From IMG/VR virus record IMGVR_UViG_3300043400_000041, positions 1-41,843 of that record: a stretch of DNA of 41,843 bases. One strand, 5' to 3'. Numbering within the stretch: the stretch's first letter is position 1; every line of letters begins with the position of its first letter. Below are positions 17,301 through 24,794 of this stretch, one piece after another. Below the pieces are notes generated by a model that was given only the letters and a program-made list of their open reading frames with translations, had not been told where the DNA came from and ran no database searches. The DNA is from a virus. Its lineage: Duplodnaviria; Caudoviricetes. The position numbers and the translations under genes were made by a program.

Positions 17301-17568
17301 GCCCGGCCAGCATGATGATGAGGTGAAGCCATTCGTTGGTCTTTCCGCCGGGGGTGTCGGTCGAGTGCTGGAAGGCATAGGTTCCGCCGAGGCGGCGGCG
17401 GCCATAGATGATACGGCGCTGAGCGGCAGGCTCCTTGGCGGTGATGAGGGTGCCGCCGTTCTTATCGCGGTCGCGCTTGGCTTTTTCGGCCATTTTCTTC
17501 GCCTGCGCCTGCGAATAGACGATGGAGGCGGCGACGACGGTAATGACGGCAGAGACAACCCAACTCAT
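14320..17568 (-). CDS. Central tail tip / host specificity protein (J-like) with Fn3 and CBM-like domains
   Basis: RRIIYG, NPALALRDYL, AQRLAKIEL motifs; Fn3-like PGVPTGL...YYWVRAVD; 1082 aa. Confidence 0.9.
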   Translation of the reverse strand: MSWVVSAVITVVAASIVYSQAQAKKMAEKAKRDRDKNGGTLITAKEPAAQRRIIYGRRRLGGTYAFQHSTDTPGGKTNEWLHLIIMLAGHEVEGIDDIYFDDVVVPLDGAGNCVTGKYSGLVRVKKYLGTASQTADADLIAEAPDKWTANHRMRGVAYVYVRLKYDQEKLATIPNISAVVRGKKLYDPRTGLTAYSANPALALRDYLTNTDYGLGCASDEINEGSFIVGASLCDESVAIAAGGTEPRYSIGGSFERDQAPEKIISELAASMSASCVCTGGLWYLTGGSYSAPSAAYTLDDLRGQIVIQSKASRRDTCNAVKGTYTSELNKWQPADYPPIKNATYATQDTETIWRELDFPWTTSAATAQRLAKIELEQTRQEITVDLPLKLTGMRVQAGDTVTLTIPRYGWTAKVFQVTSWKLLIEDGAGEGGGRIVGVDLSLRETAAGVWDWNSGMETTVDLAPNTTLPDPSVVPAPTGLSVTSSAQINADGSVAGRLDVTWVPSTDAFAQTTTGILQVQYKLAAAPDWITHASLTGQADRTTIAGLTSGAAYLVRIRAVRPGGAASAWVVTGSSITAAGDTTAPGVPTGLAASAMVQGIRLSWVNPTAADLANIEVLEQASALPTPSAGTSPSFRLLSDTFTRVGLAIGTTRYYWVRAVDASGNASAWAGPVSATATAVDATELTGQIQVAQLAVGLGGGNLLSNSAPTLGAETVDWELSGNSTGLTLTEGAGFDVWRPPAGGSVFIEVNGTPASNTFADIVNKPNGQLIPVKPGQRYELSAYLSAHRCTGQVRVAWWNSAGGYISEDGGSGVTSAGSGALSGWGRSTGFAVAPAGAALALFYVRAQTFTGTDPFVFIANAYFGEALPNQTAFSFWSASGISTLIDGKTVRAETVGADQLAARAVLADKIGVGEVNALHVGTNIIVSTAANIGDAVISTAKIGDAQITTLKVVGNAITHPFVSNQSGIAYLNNTSFVTLASVAGVAAGGSSVVVTTSVSLTNNSSASRDFILETLRDGTVLDSVTHRLPANYDTVMTRMMLDSGASGTHTYSAQVRVTTAPGTSNTVWAEKGVIQPSIYKR

Positions 17569-18101
17569 GGTGAAATTTCCTTTGTTTTTTGTTTGAGGGC
17601 GCGGCTGGCGGCGCTGGGGGCGATCAAGATTTCCTCCAGCTTTTCGAGGTCGGTCTCGGTCGTCGGGTGTATGTTTACCCAGCGCATCTCCTTGACGATG
17701 TAGGCGAGCTTGCGTGTGCCCGCCTCGCTCGGGAGGATACAGGGGGCGACGATACGGCGCAGCACGCCGTCCACCTTCACCAAGGCCTCGCCGCTGAGGG
17801 CGATGTTGAGCCCGCCTTCACGGTGGACGTGACCAAGGACGAGCGCACCGGCCGGCAGCGTGCACTCCCGTGCATACACGCCGGGCGCGAAATGGTGGGC
17901 GAGCGGCACGTCGGCTTGCGGCCGGGCGAGCATGGCGAGTTCGAGCGCATCGTAGTCCGCATCGGTGATGGCTCGCACAAGCGCCTCGGGAATAATCGCC
18001 GGAGGCTTGGGCAGGTGCGCCGACCACGCGGGGTTTATTTCCGGAGCGGCGACGTCTTGGGCGCCGATGGCGAGGAGAGCGAGAGAGTCCAGGGTGATCA
18101 T
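17565..18101 (-). CDS. Cupin-fold phage protein
   Basis: HHFAPGVYARECTLPAG...GHVH...WVNIHPT; ATG 18101 coupled by ATGA. Confidence 0.7.
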   Translation of the reverse strand: MITLDSLALLAIGAQDVAAPEINPAWSAHLPKPPAIIPEALVRAITDADYDALELAMLARPQADVPLAHHFAPGVYARECTLPAGALVLGHVHREGGLNIALSGEALVKVDGVLRRIVAPCILPSEAGTRKLAYIVKEMRWVNIHPTTETDLEKLEEILIAPSAASRALKQKTKEISP

Positions 18102-18670
18102 GCTTTGCGGCCCCAGGGGGTTTCCTTGTCTTGGAGCCCGGCGACGTATTCCAGGCCGAGGTCGCCCGCGTAGAGATCCTGTTGATCCTCGTGGGTAAGG
18201 CGGCGCTCGCGCGGGCGTTTCAGGTCGATGAGTTTGGATTCGCAGGAGACGCGCACCTGGGCGGACTCCCCGGCATCGGTGAGCGCGATCACGTCCATGC
18301 GGCCGGCAAAGATACTCACTGGATCCGCGAGCAGCGCGCCGCTGGTCGGGTCGAAGAGCGCCAGCCAGACGCGCACGCGGCGGTTGCGGTAGTTCTCCGA
18401 GAGCAACACTGAGATGATGGTGGGCGAGGTTCCGGACAGGGTGACTTCCAGCCCGTTGGCCTCGACGTTCTCCGTCTCCTCGACGGGAGAGACATTCAGC
18501 AAGTCTCCATATCCGGCGAAGGTGCGCCCTCCGGCGGTCCACTCGAAAGCGCCCTTCCCGGTCCAGATACGGAGCGGAGCGGTATCGAAGGCCAGCTCGA
18601 CCAGGTAGGCCAGCCGCACGCTTTCGGCGGCGAGGGCGGTGGAGACGGGACTGGTGAGGGTGCGGGACAT
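18098..18670 (-). CDS. Tail tip/hub protein
   Basis: LVELAFD...W.G.G...G.GDLL; THEDQQDLYAGDLGLEYV; position after the distal tail gene. Confidence 0.8.
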   Translation of the reverse strand: MSRTLTSPVSTALAAESVRLAYLVELAFDTAPLRIWTGKGAFEWTAGGRTFAGYGDLLNVSPVEETENVEANGLEVTLSGTSPTIISVLLSENYRNRRVRVWLALFDPTSGALLADPVSIFAGRMDVIALTDAGESAQVRVSCESKLIDLKRPRERRLTHEDQQDLYAGDLGLEYVAGLQDKETPWGRKA

Positions 18671-18682
18671 GGGTGCGGGTGG

Positions 18683-19042
18683 TTAAACGGCTTCGATGGC
18701 GTCGATCTGGAATCCGTCGAAGACGTCCATGAAGTTACCATCCCAGGCGGCGACCGGGGCACTCAGGCGGAAGGTGCGGGTGCCGGGCGTGGTGCCGGAT
18801 ACCCATGGGTTGAGGTCGAAAGTGAAGGTGCCGACCATGCCATTAAGTGACTCCAACCACGCGCCGAAGATGTCGGCATCGGCGCGGCTGAGCTGGGGCA
18901 TGACGATGGAGATTTCCCAGCGGTCGGCGTTCCAGTCATAGACCTGCGTGGCGTAACTAAACGGGCTCTCTGCACGCGACTGCACACGCCGATGCAGCGC
19001 CTTGACGTTCACTGGATAGAGGGTGGAGGGGAAGGCAGGCAT
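18683..19042 (-). CDS. Distal tail protein
   Basis: SPFSYATQVYDW...WLESLNG; directly after tape measure. Confidence 0.75.
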   Translation of the reverse strand: MPAFPSTLYPVNVKALHRRVQSRAESPFSYATQVYDWNADRWEISIVMPQLSRADADIFGAWLESLNGMVGTFTFDLNPWVSGTTPGTRTFRLSAPVAAWDGNFMDVFDGFQIDAIEAV

Positions 19043-19051
19043 GGTAGTGGG

Positions 19052-21163
19052 TTAGGCTTTGCCTCGGCGCTGATCGTCGCGGACGGAGGCCTTGGTGCGG
19101 CGCACGATTTCGGGGATGAGGGCGGCGACCTCGGCGCGGGTGGTGCCAGAGGCGATGTTGAAGTTATTAACCACAGTGACCCCGCCTCCACCCATACCGC
19201 CGCCGCCACCATTGGAGGAGGGTGGCTCCAAATTGCCGTCGCGCATGGCATCTAGCAGCGGGCGATATTTGGCGGTCTTGTCGGCTGGCATCACGTATTC
19301 ACCATTGGATAACCAAGCGGCGATGCTGTCGCTCGTGCCGGTGCCGGGGCCGCTAATATATCCGCCGTCCTTGTGCCCTGCCATGCTCGAAACCAGCGCG
19401 AGCATACCGCCGATGATTGCGGCGAATGTCACCGGACCGGCGATGGGGCCAAGCTCCATAATGGAACGGAATACGGCGGCGGGTCCGGTAGCGGCGGTCT
19501 GAGCGGCAGCACCAGCGGTCACGATCCCAGTGCTTGCAGCGGTTGAGGCAGCGACAGCACCGACACGAATGCCCTCCCCTGTAGTTACGGCGGCGGTTTT
19601 CGCCCCCTCGGTTGCGACTGTTGTTCCTAGATCCTCCGCCGCAAATGCCTTCTTAATCGTAGCCATGATCGTATGGGATACGATCCACCCTGCGACCATA
19701 TCCACGAAGCTCTGGAGTATGGAATTTACAATAGCATTGCCGATATTCGCTAGTGCGGAACCCCACGTCATGGTCCCGTCAATTAGCCCGCGCAGGGAGG
19801 ACCCGATACCTTGTTGCATCGCTTGGGCTACCCCCATCATGCTCTGTTGCGCGCGCTGGGCTGCGGTGGGGATGCTTTTTAGATACTCTACAGTGCCCGC
19901 AAGAAAACCCTGCTCCACCGTAGGCTTGTTGGTAAGTTTATCGATCTGGTAATTGTTTACCCCTGACTGGCCGCGTAGAGTATCAATCTGGCCTTGGCGG
20001 GTAGGGTCCGACCCCTTTGCCTGCTGCTGGCGCTCTAGCAGGTCGATCTGTTCAGCGATTGCCTCGTTTTGCTTACGAAGTTCAATCGCTTTAGCGGCAT
20101 CCCTCTCATTGTTCAACAGGTAAGGATTATCTTCGATCCTGCGAATTTGTTCATTGGAGGCGGCGAGCTTGATGGAGAGGCCGCGCTGCGCATTAAACTC
20201 GGCGGCCTTCTCACGCGCCAGGGTGAGCGCCTTCTCCTGGGCTTCGATGTCTTTATCCTGTTGGGCGGCGAGCTTCTCGCCCTCGGCAGCGCGGGCGGTT
20301 TCGAGGTCGTAAGCCTCTTTCTGGATTTGGTGCTCGTCTTCCAGATCTTGGACAGCGCGGGCGGCGGCGGCTTCTTTGCGCGAGTTCAGCTCCGCCACGA
20401 TTGCCGCGAAAGCCTGCTCTGCGTAGCGGGCGCGCATCGTGAGTTCGTTCCCCTCCTTCAACAGGCGGTTGCGCTCGGCTTCGTTTATGGTGCCGTTGGC
20501 GAAACGATTCTCAGCCTGGAGCTTTCGCGTGGCTGCGAGCGCATCCAGATCGCTCGCCTCCTTGCGGCTTGCGGCCATTTCGGCGAGCAGCTGGCTTTCG
20601 CGCACGCCCTTGTAGAGGTTGGTGTCGGGGCCGGAGATACCTGCGAGCTTGGAGGTATTCTGGCGGGTCATTTCCTGCACCCGCGCCATTTCATCGGCCA
20701 CGCGCTTGGTCTCGTCGGCGAGGGCCTTGGTCTCGGCCTTGGTATCCTTGGCGCTGTCGCGCATGAAGAGGAAGTTCGCGGCCACGGCGCCGATGGAGAG
20801 CGCCGCGCCAGCCATGGCACCGTAGGGGCCGAAGATGCCCGCCAGCTGCGAGCCCTGTTGAGCGAAGGCGATCAGGGCGTTTTGCCCGCCCGCCACCTGC
20901 ACCGTGAAATCCTGGATTTGGTAGCCTGCTTGCCCCGCGATGCGGCCGATGCCGCCAAAACTATTTCCCGTGGAAACACGCACGCCGTCCAGGGCCTTGC
21001 GCACCTTGCCCAAATTTCCCTCCAGGGTAACGAGGCTGGCCTTCCCGGTCTCGCCGAGGGTGCGCATCTGCACGATCTGTTTCGTGAGCTGCGCCTCCAT
21101 GGCACGCAGCTGCGCCACCTGCGTTTCTACGCCGATTTTGATATTTATTTGGGTGGTGGCCAT
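19052..21163 (-). CDS. Tail tape measure protein
   Basis: QAGYQIQDF...QQGSQL lambda-like N-terminal motif; long helical body; GGYISGPGTGTSDSI..LSNGEYV C-terminal motif. Confidence 0.92.
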   Translation of the reverse strand: MATTQINIKIGVETQVAQLRAMEAQLTKQIVQMRTLGETGKASLVTLEGNLGKVRKALDGVRVSTGNSFGGIGRIAGQAGYQIQDFTVQVAGGQNALIAFAQQGSQLAGIFGPYGAMAGAALSIGAVAANFLFMRDSAKDTKAETKALADETKRVADEMARVQEMTRQNTSKLAGISGPDTNLYKGVRESQLLAEMAASRKEASDLDALAATRKLQAENRFANGTINEAERNRLLKEGNELTMRARYAEQAFAAIVAELNSRKEAAAARAVQDLEDEHQIQKEAYDLETARAAEGEKLAAQQDKDIEAQEKALTLAREKAAEFNAQRGLSIKLAASNEQIRRIEDNPYLLNNERDAAKAIELRKQNEAIAEQIDLLERQQQAKGSDPTRQGQIDTLRGQSGVNNYQIDKLTNKPTVEQGFLAGTVEYLKSIPTAAQRAQQSMMGVAQAMQQGIGSSLRGLIDGTMTWGSALANIGNAIVNSILQSFVDMVAGWIVSHTIMATIKKAFAAEDLGTTVATEGAKTAAVTTGEGIRVGAVAASTAASTGIVTAGAAAQTAATGPAAVFRSIMELGPIAGPVTFAAIIGGMLALVSSMAGHKDGGYISGPGTGTSDSIAAWLSNGEYVMPADKTAKYRPLLDAMRDGNLEPPSSNGGGGGMGGGGVTVVNNFNIASGTTRAEVAALIPEIVRRTKASVRDDQRRGKA

Positions 21164-21184
21164 GGTGGGCGGGTGGCGTGGTGT

Positions 21185-21559
21185 TTAGTCGGTTTCAGTT
21201 AATCCCTTGATCGCTTTGGTGAGGAGTCCGTCCAGGCGGCGGATGTGCTCGGTTTTGGCTTGGCCGTGGGTGGCTGTAGTGAGGGCGCTGCGTTGATCTT
21301 CGAGGCGCAGCACCTCGTGGGCGGCCATGAGTGAGGTGAAGCGCTCGGGGGTTAGGTCGAGGCATCGCTCCCAGTCGCCGCCGCAGACTCCGAAGGCGCA
21401 GGCGCGGGCAATGAGTCGGGGCCATTCACTCCAGGGGGTGTAGTCGCTGTCGCGTCCATGCCGAGAATGGCCACCACCCGCACGTCTTGGATGAAGGGCA
21501 GGATCAGCGCCGCCAGGCGCGGGTCGCCCTCGGCGAGCTTGGCGGCTTTGATAAAATTT
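21185..21559 (-). CDS. gpT-like -1 frame extension of the tail assembly chaperone
   Basis: -1 frame is open from AAATTTT (21553-21559) to TAA at 21185 and ends WSEWPRLIARACAFG...LDLTPERFTSLM...TETD. Confidence 0.7.
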   Translation of the reverse strand, partial: KFYQSRQARRGRPAPGGADPALHPRRAGGGHSRHGRDSDYTPWSEWPRLIARACAFGVCGGDWERCLDLTPERFTSLMAAHEVLRLEDQRSALTTATHGQAKTEHIRRLDGLLTKAIKGLTETD

Positions 21560-21822
21560 AGGTCGAGTGCGGCTTTGTGGAGTGCAGAGAAACTTTCGGG
21601 GGTGATGTTATCGCACCACTCGGCCGGCTTGCCGGTGCAGAGAGCTACGAGGTCCGGCCCATCCATGGCGGCGAGATGCTTGGCGAACTGGTAGAGCTGG
21701 CGGATGGTCAGGCGCTTGATTTCCACCGAGGCAACGGAGCCGTCGGCAAAAGTGACCTGGCAAGTGGAGGCGGCCAGCATGGTGCGGGCGACCTGATCGG
21801 AGGCGGGAGTGGTTGGGTTCAT
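21352..21822 (-). CDS. Tail assembly chaperone (gpG-like)
   Basis: VEIKRLTIRQL...LNF; upstream of tape measure; ATG 21822 coupled by ATGA. Confidence 0.75.
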   Translation of the reverse strand: MNPTTPASDQVARTMLAASTCQVTFADGSVASVEIKRLTIRQLYQFAKHLAAMDGPDLVALCTGKPAEWCDNITPESFSALHKAALDLNFIKAAKLAEGDPRLAALILPFIQDVRVVAILGMDATATTPPGVNGPDSLPAPAPSESAAATGSDAST

Positions 21823-22067
21823 CGGGAGGGAGGGACGGATACGGAGAGACGGGCTTGGATCACGGCGATGTCGGCGACGGCGCGGGCGACGGTGGCCTCG
21901 CTCGCACTTACGCGGGCGCGCAGTTCGAGCAGGTCGCGGTCGGTGCTGACCTTGGCCTCGACCAGCCGGGAGAGGGTCTTGCCCTGGTCGGTAGTCTCTT
22001 TGAGGGACCAGCCAGAGAGGGCTAGCACTACGGCGAGCAGGATGTTGGTGAGAACGGTCTGGTTCAT
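21819..22067 (-). CDS. Membrane-anchored coiled-coil protein of the lysis cassette
   Basis: N-terminal TM ILLAVVLALSGW then coiled coil. Confidence 0.6.
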   Translation of the reverse strand: MNQTVLTNILLAVVLALSGWSLKETTDQGKTLSRLVEAKVSTDRDLLELRARVSASEATVARAVADIAVIQARLSVSVPPSR

Positions 22068-22270
22068 TTTTTCGAGGCTTCGAGGTCGGCGATGGTTTTG
22101 AGGGCGGCGGTGGTGAAGTCGGGGGCGGCGCGCATGGCGTCGGGATAATCAGGCATGGCCCGCAGGCGGGGGAGTTGGCTGGGGCTCGTGCAGCCCCCGG
22201 TGAGGGCAAGTGCGAGGGCACACCCAAGGCTGCGCAGTAATGCGTTCGCGGTCGGCGTCGATGTCGGCAT
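22064..22270 (-). CDS. Small lipoprotein, o-spanin-like
   Basis: Lipobox-like LTGGC; overlaps the upstream gene in another frame. Confidence 0.6.
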   Translation of the reverse strand: MPTSTPTANALLRSLGCALALALTGGCTSPSQLPRLRAMPDYPDAMRAAPDFTTAALKTIADLEASKK

Positions 22271-22388
22271 GGGCTTGGATGCGTCGGTGCTCGGCGAGCT
22301 GCGCCTCGATCATCTGCGCCAGCTGCATGACGGCCGGGACCGCCTTGCAGAGGGCGACGATGAAGGAGGCGAGTGCGGCGAGGTTCAC
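22149..22388 (-). CDS. i-spanin-like protein
   Basis: GTG 22388 overlaps the holin stop; hydrophobic N-terminus; overlaps the lipoprotein gene as Rz/Rz1 do. Confidence 0.5.
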   Translation of the reverse strand: MNLAALASFIVALCKAVPAVMQLAQMIEAQLAEHRRIQAHADIDADRERITAQPWVCPRTCPHRGLHEPQPTPPPAGHA

Positions 22389-22588
22389 TTGGAGAGGGTT
22401 TCGGGCTCGGTGGCGGTGGCGGGTTTCTTCTTCGCCTGCACCGACCACGCGGCGGCGATGAGGGCGGCGAGGCCACCCAGGGCGGCGTCGGTTCCGAGGC
22501 TGGAGAGGTCCCAGCCCTTGGCGGCGGCGTAGGCGATGATGGCGGGGACGATGGCGCGGAGGATGCCCGCGATGATGGTAGGATTCAT
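22385..22588 (-). CDS. Holin (Pam3-gp28-like, two TM)
   Basis: IIAGILRAIV...KGW...GGLAALIAAAWSVQAKK. Confidence 0.75.
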   Translation of the reverse strand: MNPTIIAGILRAIVPAIIAYAAAKGWDLSSLGTDAALGGLAALIAAAWSVQAKKKPATATEPETLSK

Positions 22589-22608
22589 GGTTTTATGGGT
22601 GGGTTGAG

Positions 22609-22755
22609 TTAGTAGCGGACGAGAGGGGGGGCGGGGATCTGCACGGGCTGGCCGGGGGTGGCGCAGCCGCCTAGGCCGAAGGCCCACGCGAGGCCCGCGA
22701 GGGCGAGCGCAAGGGCGATGAGGGTTTCGAGGGCGGTGCGTTCTTTTGGGCTCAT
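22609..22755 (-). CDS. Small lipoprotein (48 aa)
   Basis: Hydrophobic stretch then LGGC; Pro-rich mature part. Confidence 0.55.
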   Translation of the reverse strand: MSPKERTALETLIALALALAGLAWAFGLGGCATPGQPVQIPAPPLVRY

Positions 22756-23195
22756 AGGCGGATGTGCCAGGCGCTGAGTTTTTCGGTTTCGGTGAGCTGG
22801 AAAATCTGGCCGTTCTGGGGCTCGATAACCACGAGGCCCCGGTCGCTGGTGATGGCGATTACCACGGCGTGGCCGCCGCCGCTGTCTTGGCGGTAGAACA
22901 GCACACCCACCGGCAGGCCGAGTCCGTCGCAATGGGGCATCCGGCGGTGGCAGGTCTTGGCCCAGCTCACATACTGCTCGGCAAAGTCGTCGCAATCGCC
23001 TGACTCCGGAACGTAGGTGAGGGTATTGAGGGCGGCGAGGGTGGCGCGGAAGAAGGCATAAAACTCGCCCGTCAGCCAGTCGCTGCGCGGCGGCGCGTAG
23101 GTGATGTCTTGATAGCCGCTGGGCTTGGCGTGGTAGAGCCCGGCGCGGATCAACTCGGTGGTGATCGTGATGTAATCTATGGTCGCTGGTTTCAT
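22752..23195 (-). CDS. Papain/transglutaminase-like Cys protease (MOA lectin C-terminal/Agglutinin_C-like); candidate endolysin
   Basis: DCDDFA...GHA...IEPQ Cys-His-Glu pattern; just upstream of the holin. Confidence 0.7.
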   Translation of the reverse strand: MKPATIDYITITTELIRAGLYHAKPSGYQDITYAPPRSDWLTGEFYAFFRATLAALNTLTYVPESGDCDDFAEQYVSWAKTCHRRMPHCDGLGLPVGVLFYRQDSGGGHAVVIAITSDRGLVVIEPQNGQIFQLTETEKLSAWHIRL

Positions 23196-23665
23196 GCGGC
23201 TTCACCCTTTCTCCATTTGCCGAAGTAGTGGTTTAAACAGGCACGGGAGACGCCGATGCGCTCGGCAGTCTGGCCCCGTTTCTCGTCCGGCGTCGGGTGG
23301 TCGTAGGCGAAGCGGATGGCGTCGAGTTGATCGGCGCTGATCTGGCGTGGGTTGCCGGTGGGCAAGGCGGGCCAGCTCTTGGCCTTGGGGTTGGCGCGCG
23401 CGAACTGCACCGCGTTGTAGAGCAGGGTGATGCTGAGGCCGTGGGCGCGGGCGTAGGCGGTGAGGTTGTCGCCGTATTCGGCCAGCCAGCGGCGGGCGTG
23501 GCGCAGGTGCTCGGCGCGGCGCTTCGGGCAGTAGGCCACCCAGCCCGAGCGAGCGGGAGCGGGGCGCACGGCGGGGCGCGGGGCGCGGGGCGCAGGGAGC
23601 ACGGAGCAGCCCGCCTGCTTGGCGAGCAGGCGCTCGGCGTAGGGCGTGAGGGTGGGCGCGCTCAT
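23192..23665 (-). CDS. Double HTH DNA-binding protein
   Basis: LTAYARAHGLSITLLY and QTAERIGVSRACLNHYF. Confidence 0.65.
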   Translation of the reverse strand: MSAPTLTPYAERLLAKQAGCSVLPAPRAPRPAVRPAPARSGWVAYCPKRRAEHLRHARRWLAEYGDNLTAYARAHGLSITLLYNAVQFARANPKAKSWPALPTGNPRQISADQLDAIRFAYDHPTPDEKRGQTAERIGVSRACLNHYFGKWRKGEAA

Positions 23666-24237
23666 GGTATGAGGTCGGTGCAGAGGGTGCCGTCAGCGGC
23701 GGTGCCTGCGTCCACGGTGACGCGCAGGCGCGCGAACCAGCGGTTGCGCTCGGTGTTGCCGGTGCGGAGGGTGATGCTCTGGATGGTGGTGCCGCCGATT
23801 ACTTCCTGCATGGTGGCGCTGCGCCCGCTGAACCAGCCGTTGATGTCGGTGGTGATCTCGGTCTTGAAGCGGATGCCCACGATGCCGGGGCGCGGGATGT
23901 AGCGGATGCCCGCATGCCAGATGCCGCCGAGGCCGGTGCCGCGCTGATTGGCCTCCACCCATTCCCAAGCGCCGAGGGCGTCGCCAGTGCGGCGGGCAAA
24001 GCCATAGACGGGGAGGCTGGCGCTGGTGGCTGAGTTGTTGGCGACGTTGGGGACCAGTCCGGCCAAGGCGTATTCTAGCAGGTTGGGGAGGCCGTCGGCG
24101 TCGGGGTCGGCGGTGGCCTCGGCGCTGGGGCCGGTGAGTCCGTAGCTCGCGATCCAGTCGGCGAACGTGATGGCCCGCGCGCTCGGGATAGTGAGCGCGA
24201 GGGCGGCGAGCAGGAGCAGTGGGGAGAGGCGGAGCAT
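23662..24237 (-). CDS. Secreted protein consisting of a Verrucomicrobia-type C-terminal domain
   Basis: Signal peptide ending ARA; FADWIASYGL...DPDADGLPNLLEYAL...FARLRVT. Confidence 0.7.
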   Translation of the reverse strand: MLRLSPLLLLAALALTIPSARAITFADWIASYGLTGPSAEATADPDADGLPNLLEYALAGLVPNVANNSATSASLPVYGFARRTGDALGAWEWVEANQRGTGLGGIWHAGIRYIPRPGIVGIRFKTEITTDINGWFSGRSATMQEVIGGTTIQSITLRTGNTERNRWFARLRVTVDAGTAADGTLCTDLIP

Positions 24238-24533
24238 TATTCGGCGGGGGCAAGGCTGGCGTCGTAGGCGTCGTAGGCGGGAAACACTTTCGGCAGATCA
24301 ATCCTCTCGGCGCTGATCATCCTGATTATGTGGCCCGGCTTTTCTTTGAAAATGCGGGCTTCAGCTGCGGAACGAGCATCGTCCTTGCTGCCTCCAAAGC
24401 TCCAAAAGATGATCTGCTCCAGATCCACGCCACTGGGCTTGCCTTTTGTGAGCAGGCAGCAGACGACCCATACATAATCAGCCGCAGATGGCGCTACGAC
24501 CAACGAGCCTGCATCCTTTATTTCGATACTCAT
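24237..24533 (-). CDS. Hypothetical protein
   Basis: 98 aa, coupled to both neighbours. Confidence 0.55.
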   Translation of the reverse strand: MSIEIKDAGSLVVAPSAADYVWVVCCLLTKGKPSGVDLEQIIFWSFGGSKDDARSAAEARIFKEKPGHIIRMISAERIDLPKVFPAYDAYDASLAPAE

Positions 24534-24790
24534 AAGTTTTCGGGAGTTGATTCTGCAGTCTGGTTCAGCGGCTGATCGGCAGCGTTGATGCTATCGGCTG
24601 GAATATGGGAACCAAGCAGGGCGATAAATTGCTCTGGCGGATACGGGATCGCCCAGCCCTCGGCGCACTCCATCGGGCTGTCGCACCACCGCTGGGTCAC
24701 GCTATGCGCAGGCAGCGTAGCTGCGAATGCGGCGTTGACCGCATCGAGCGCCATTTGGGCGGCGGATTGGGTAGTGTAGATCGCGTGCAT
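24530..24790 (-). CDS. Small hypothetical protein, possible chaperone for the upstream lectin-like protein
   Basis: TQRW...GWAIP pattern; follows the ConA-like gene. Confidence 0.6.
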   Translation of the reverse strand: MHAIYTTQSAAQMALDAVNAAFAATLPAHSVTQRWCDSPMECAEGWAIPYPPEQFIALLGSHIPADSINAADQPLNQTAESTPENL

Positions 24791-24794
24791 AATA

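Noticed and set aside
14320-17568. Diversity-generating retroelement or invertible tail-fibre segment
   Set aside because: No reverse transcriptase or invertase gene, and no template/variable repeat pair noticed.
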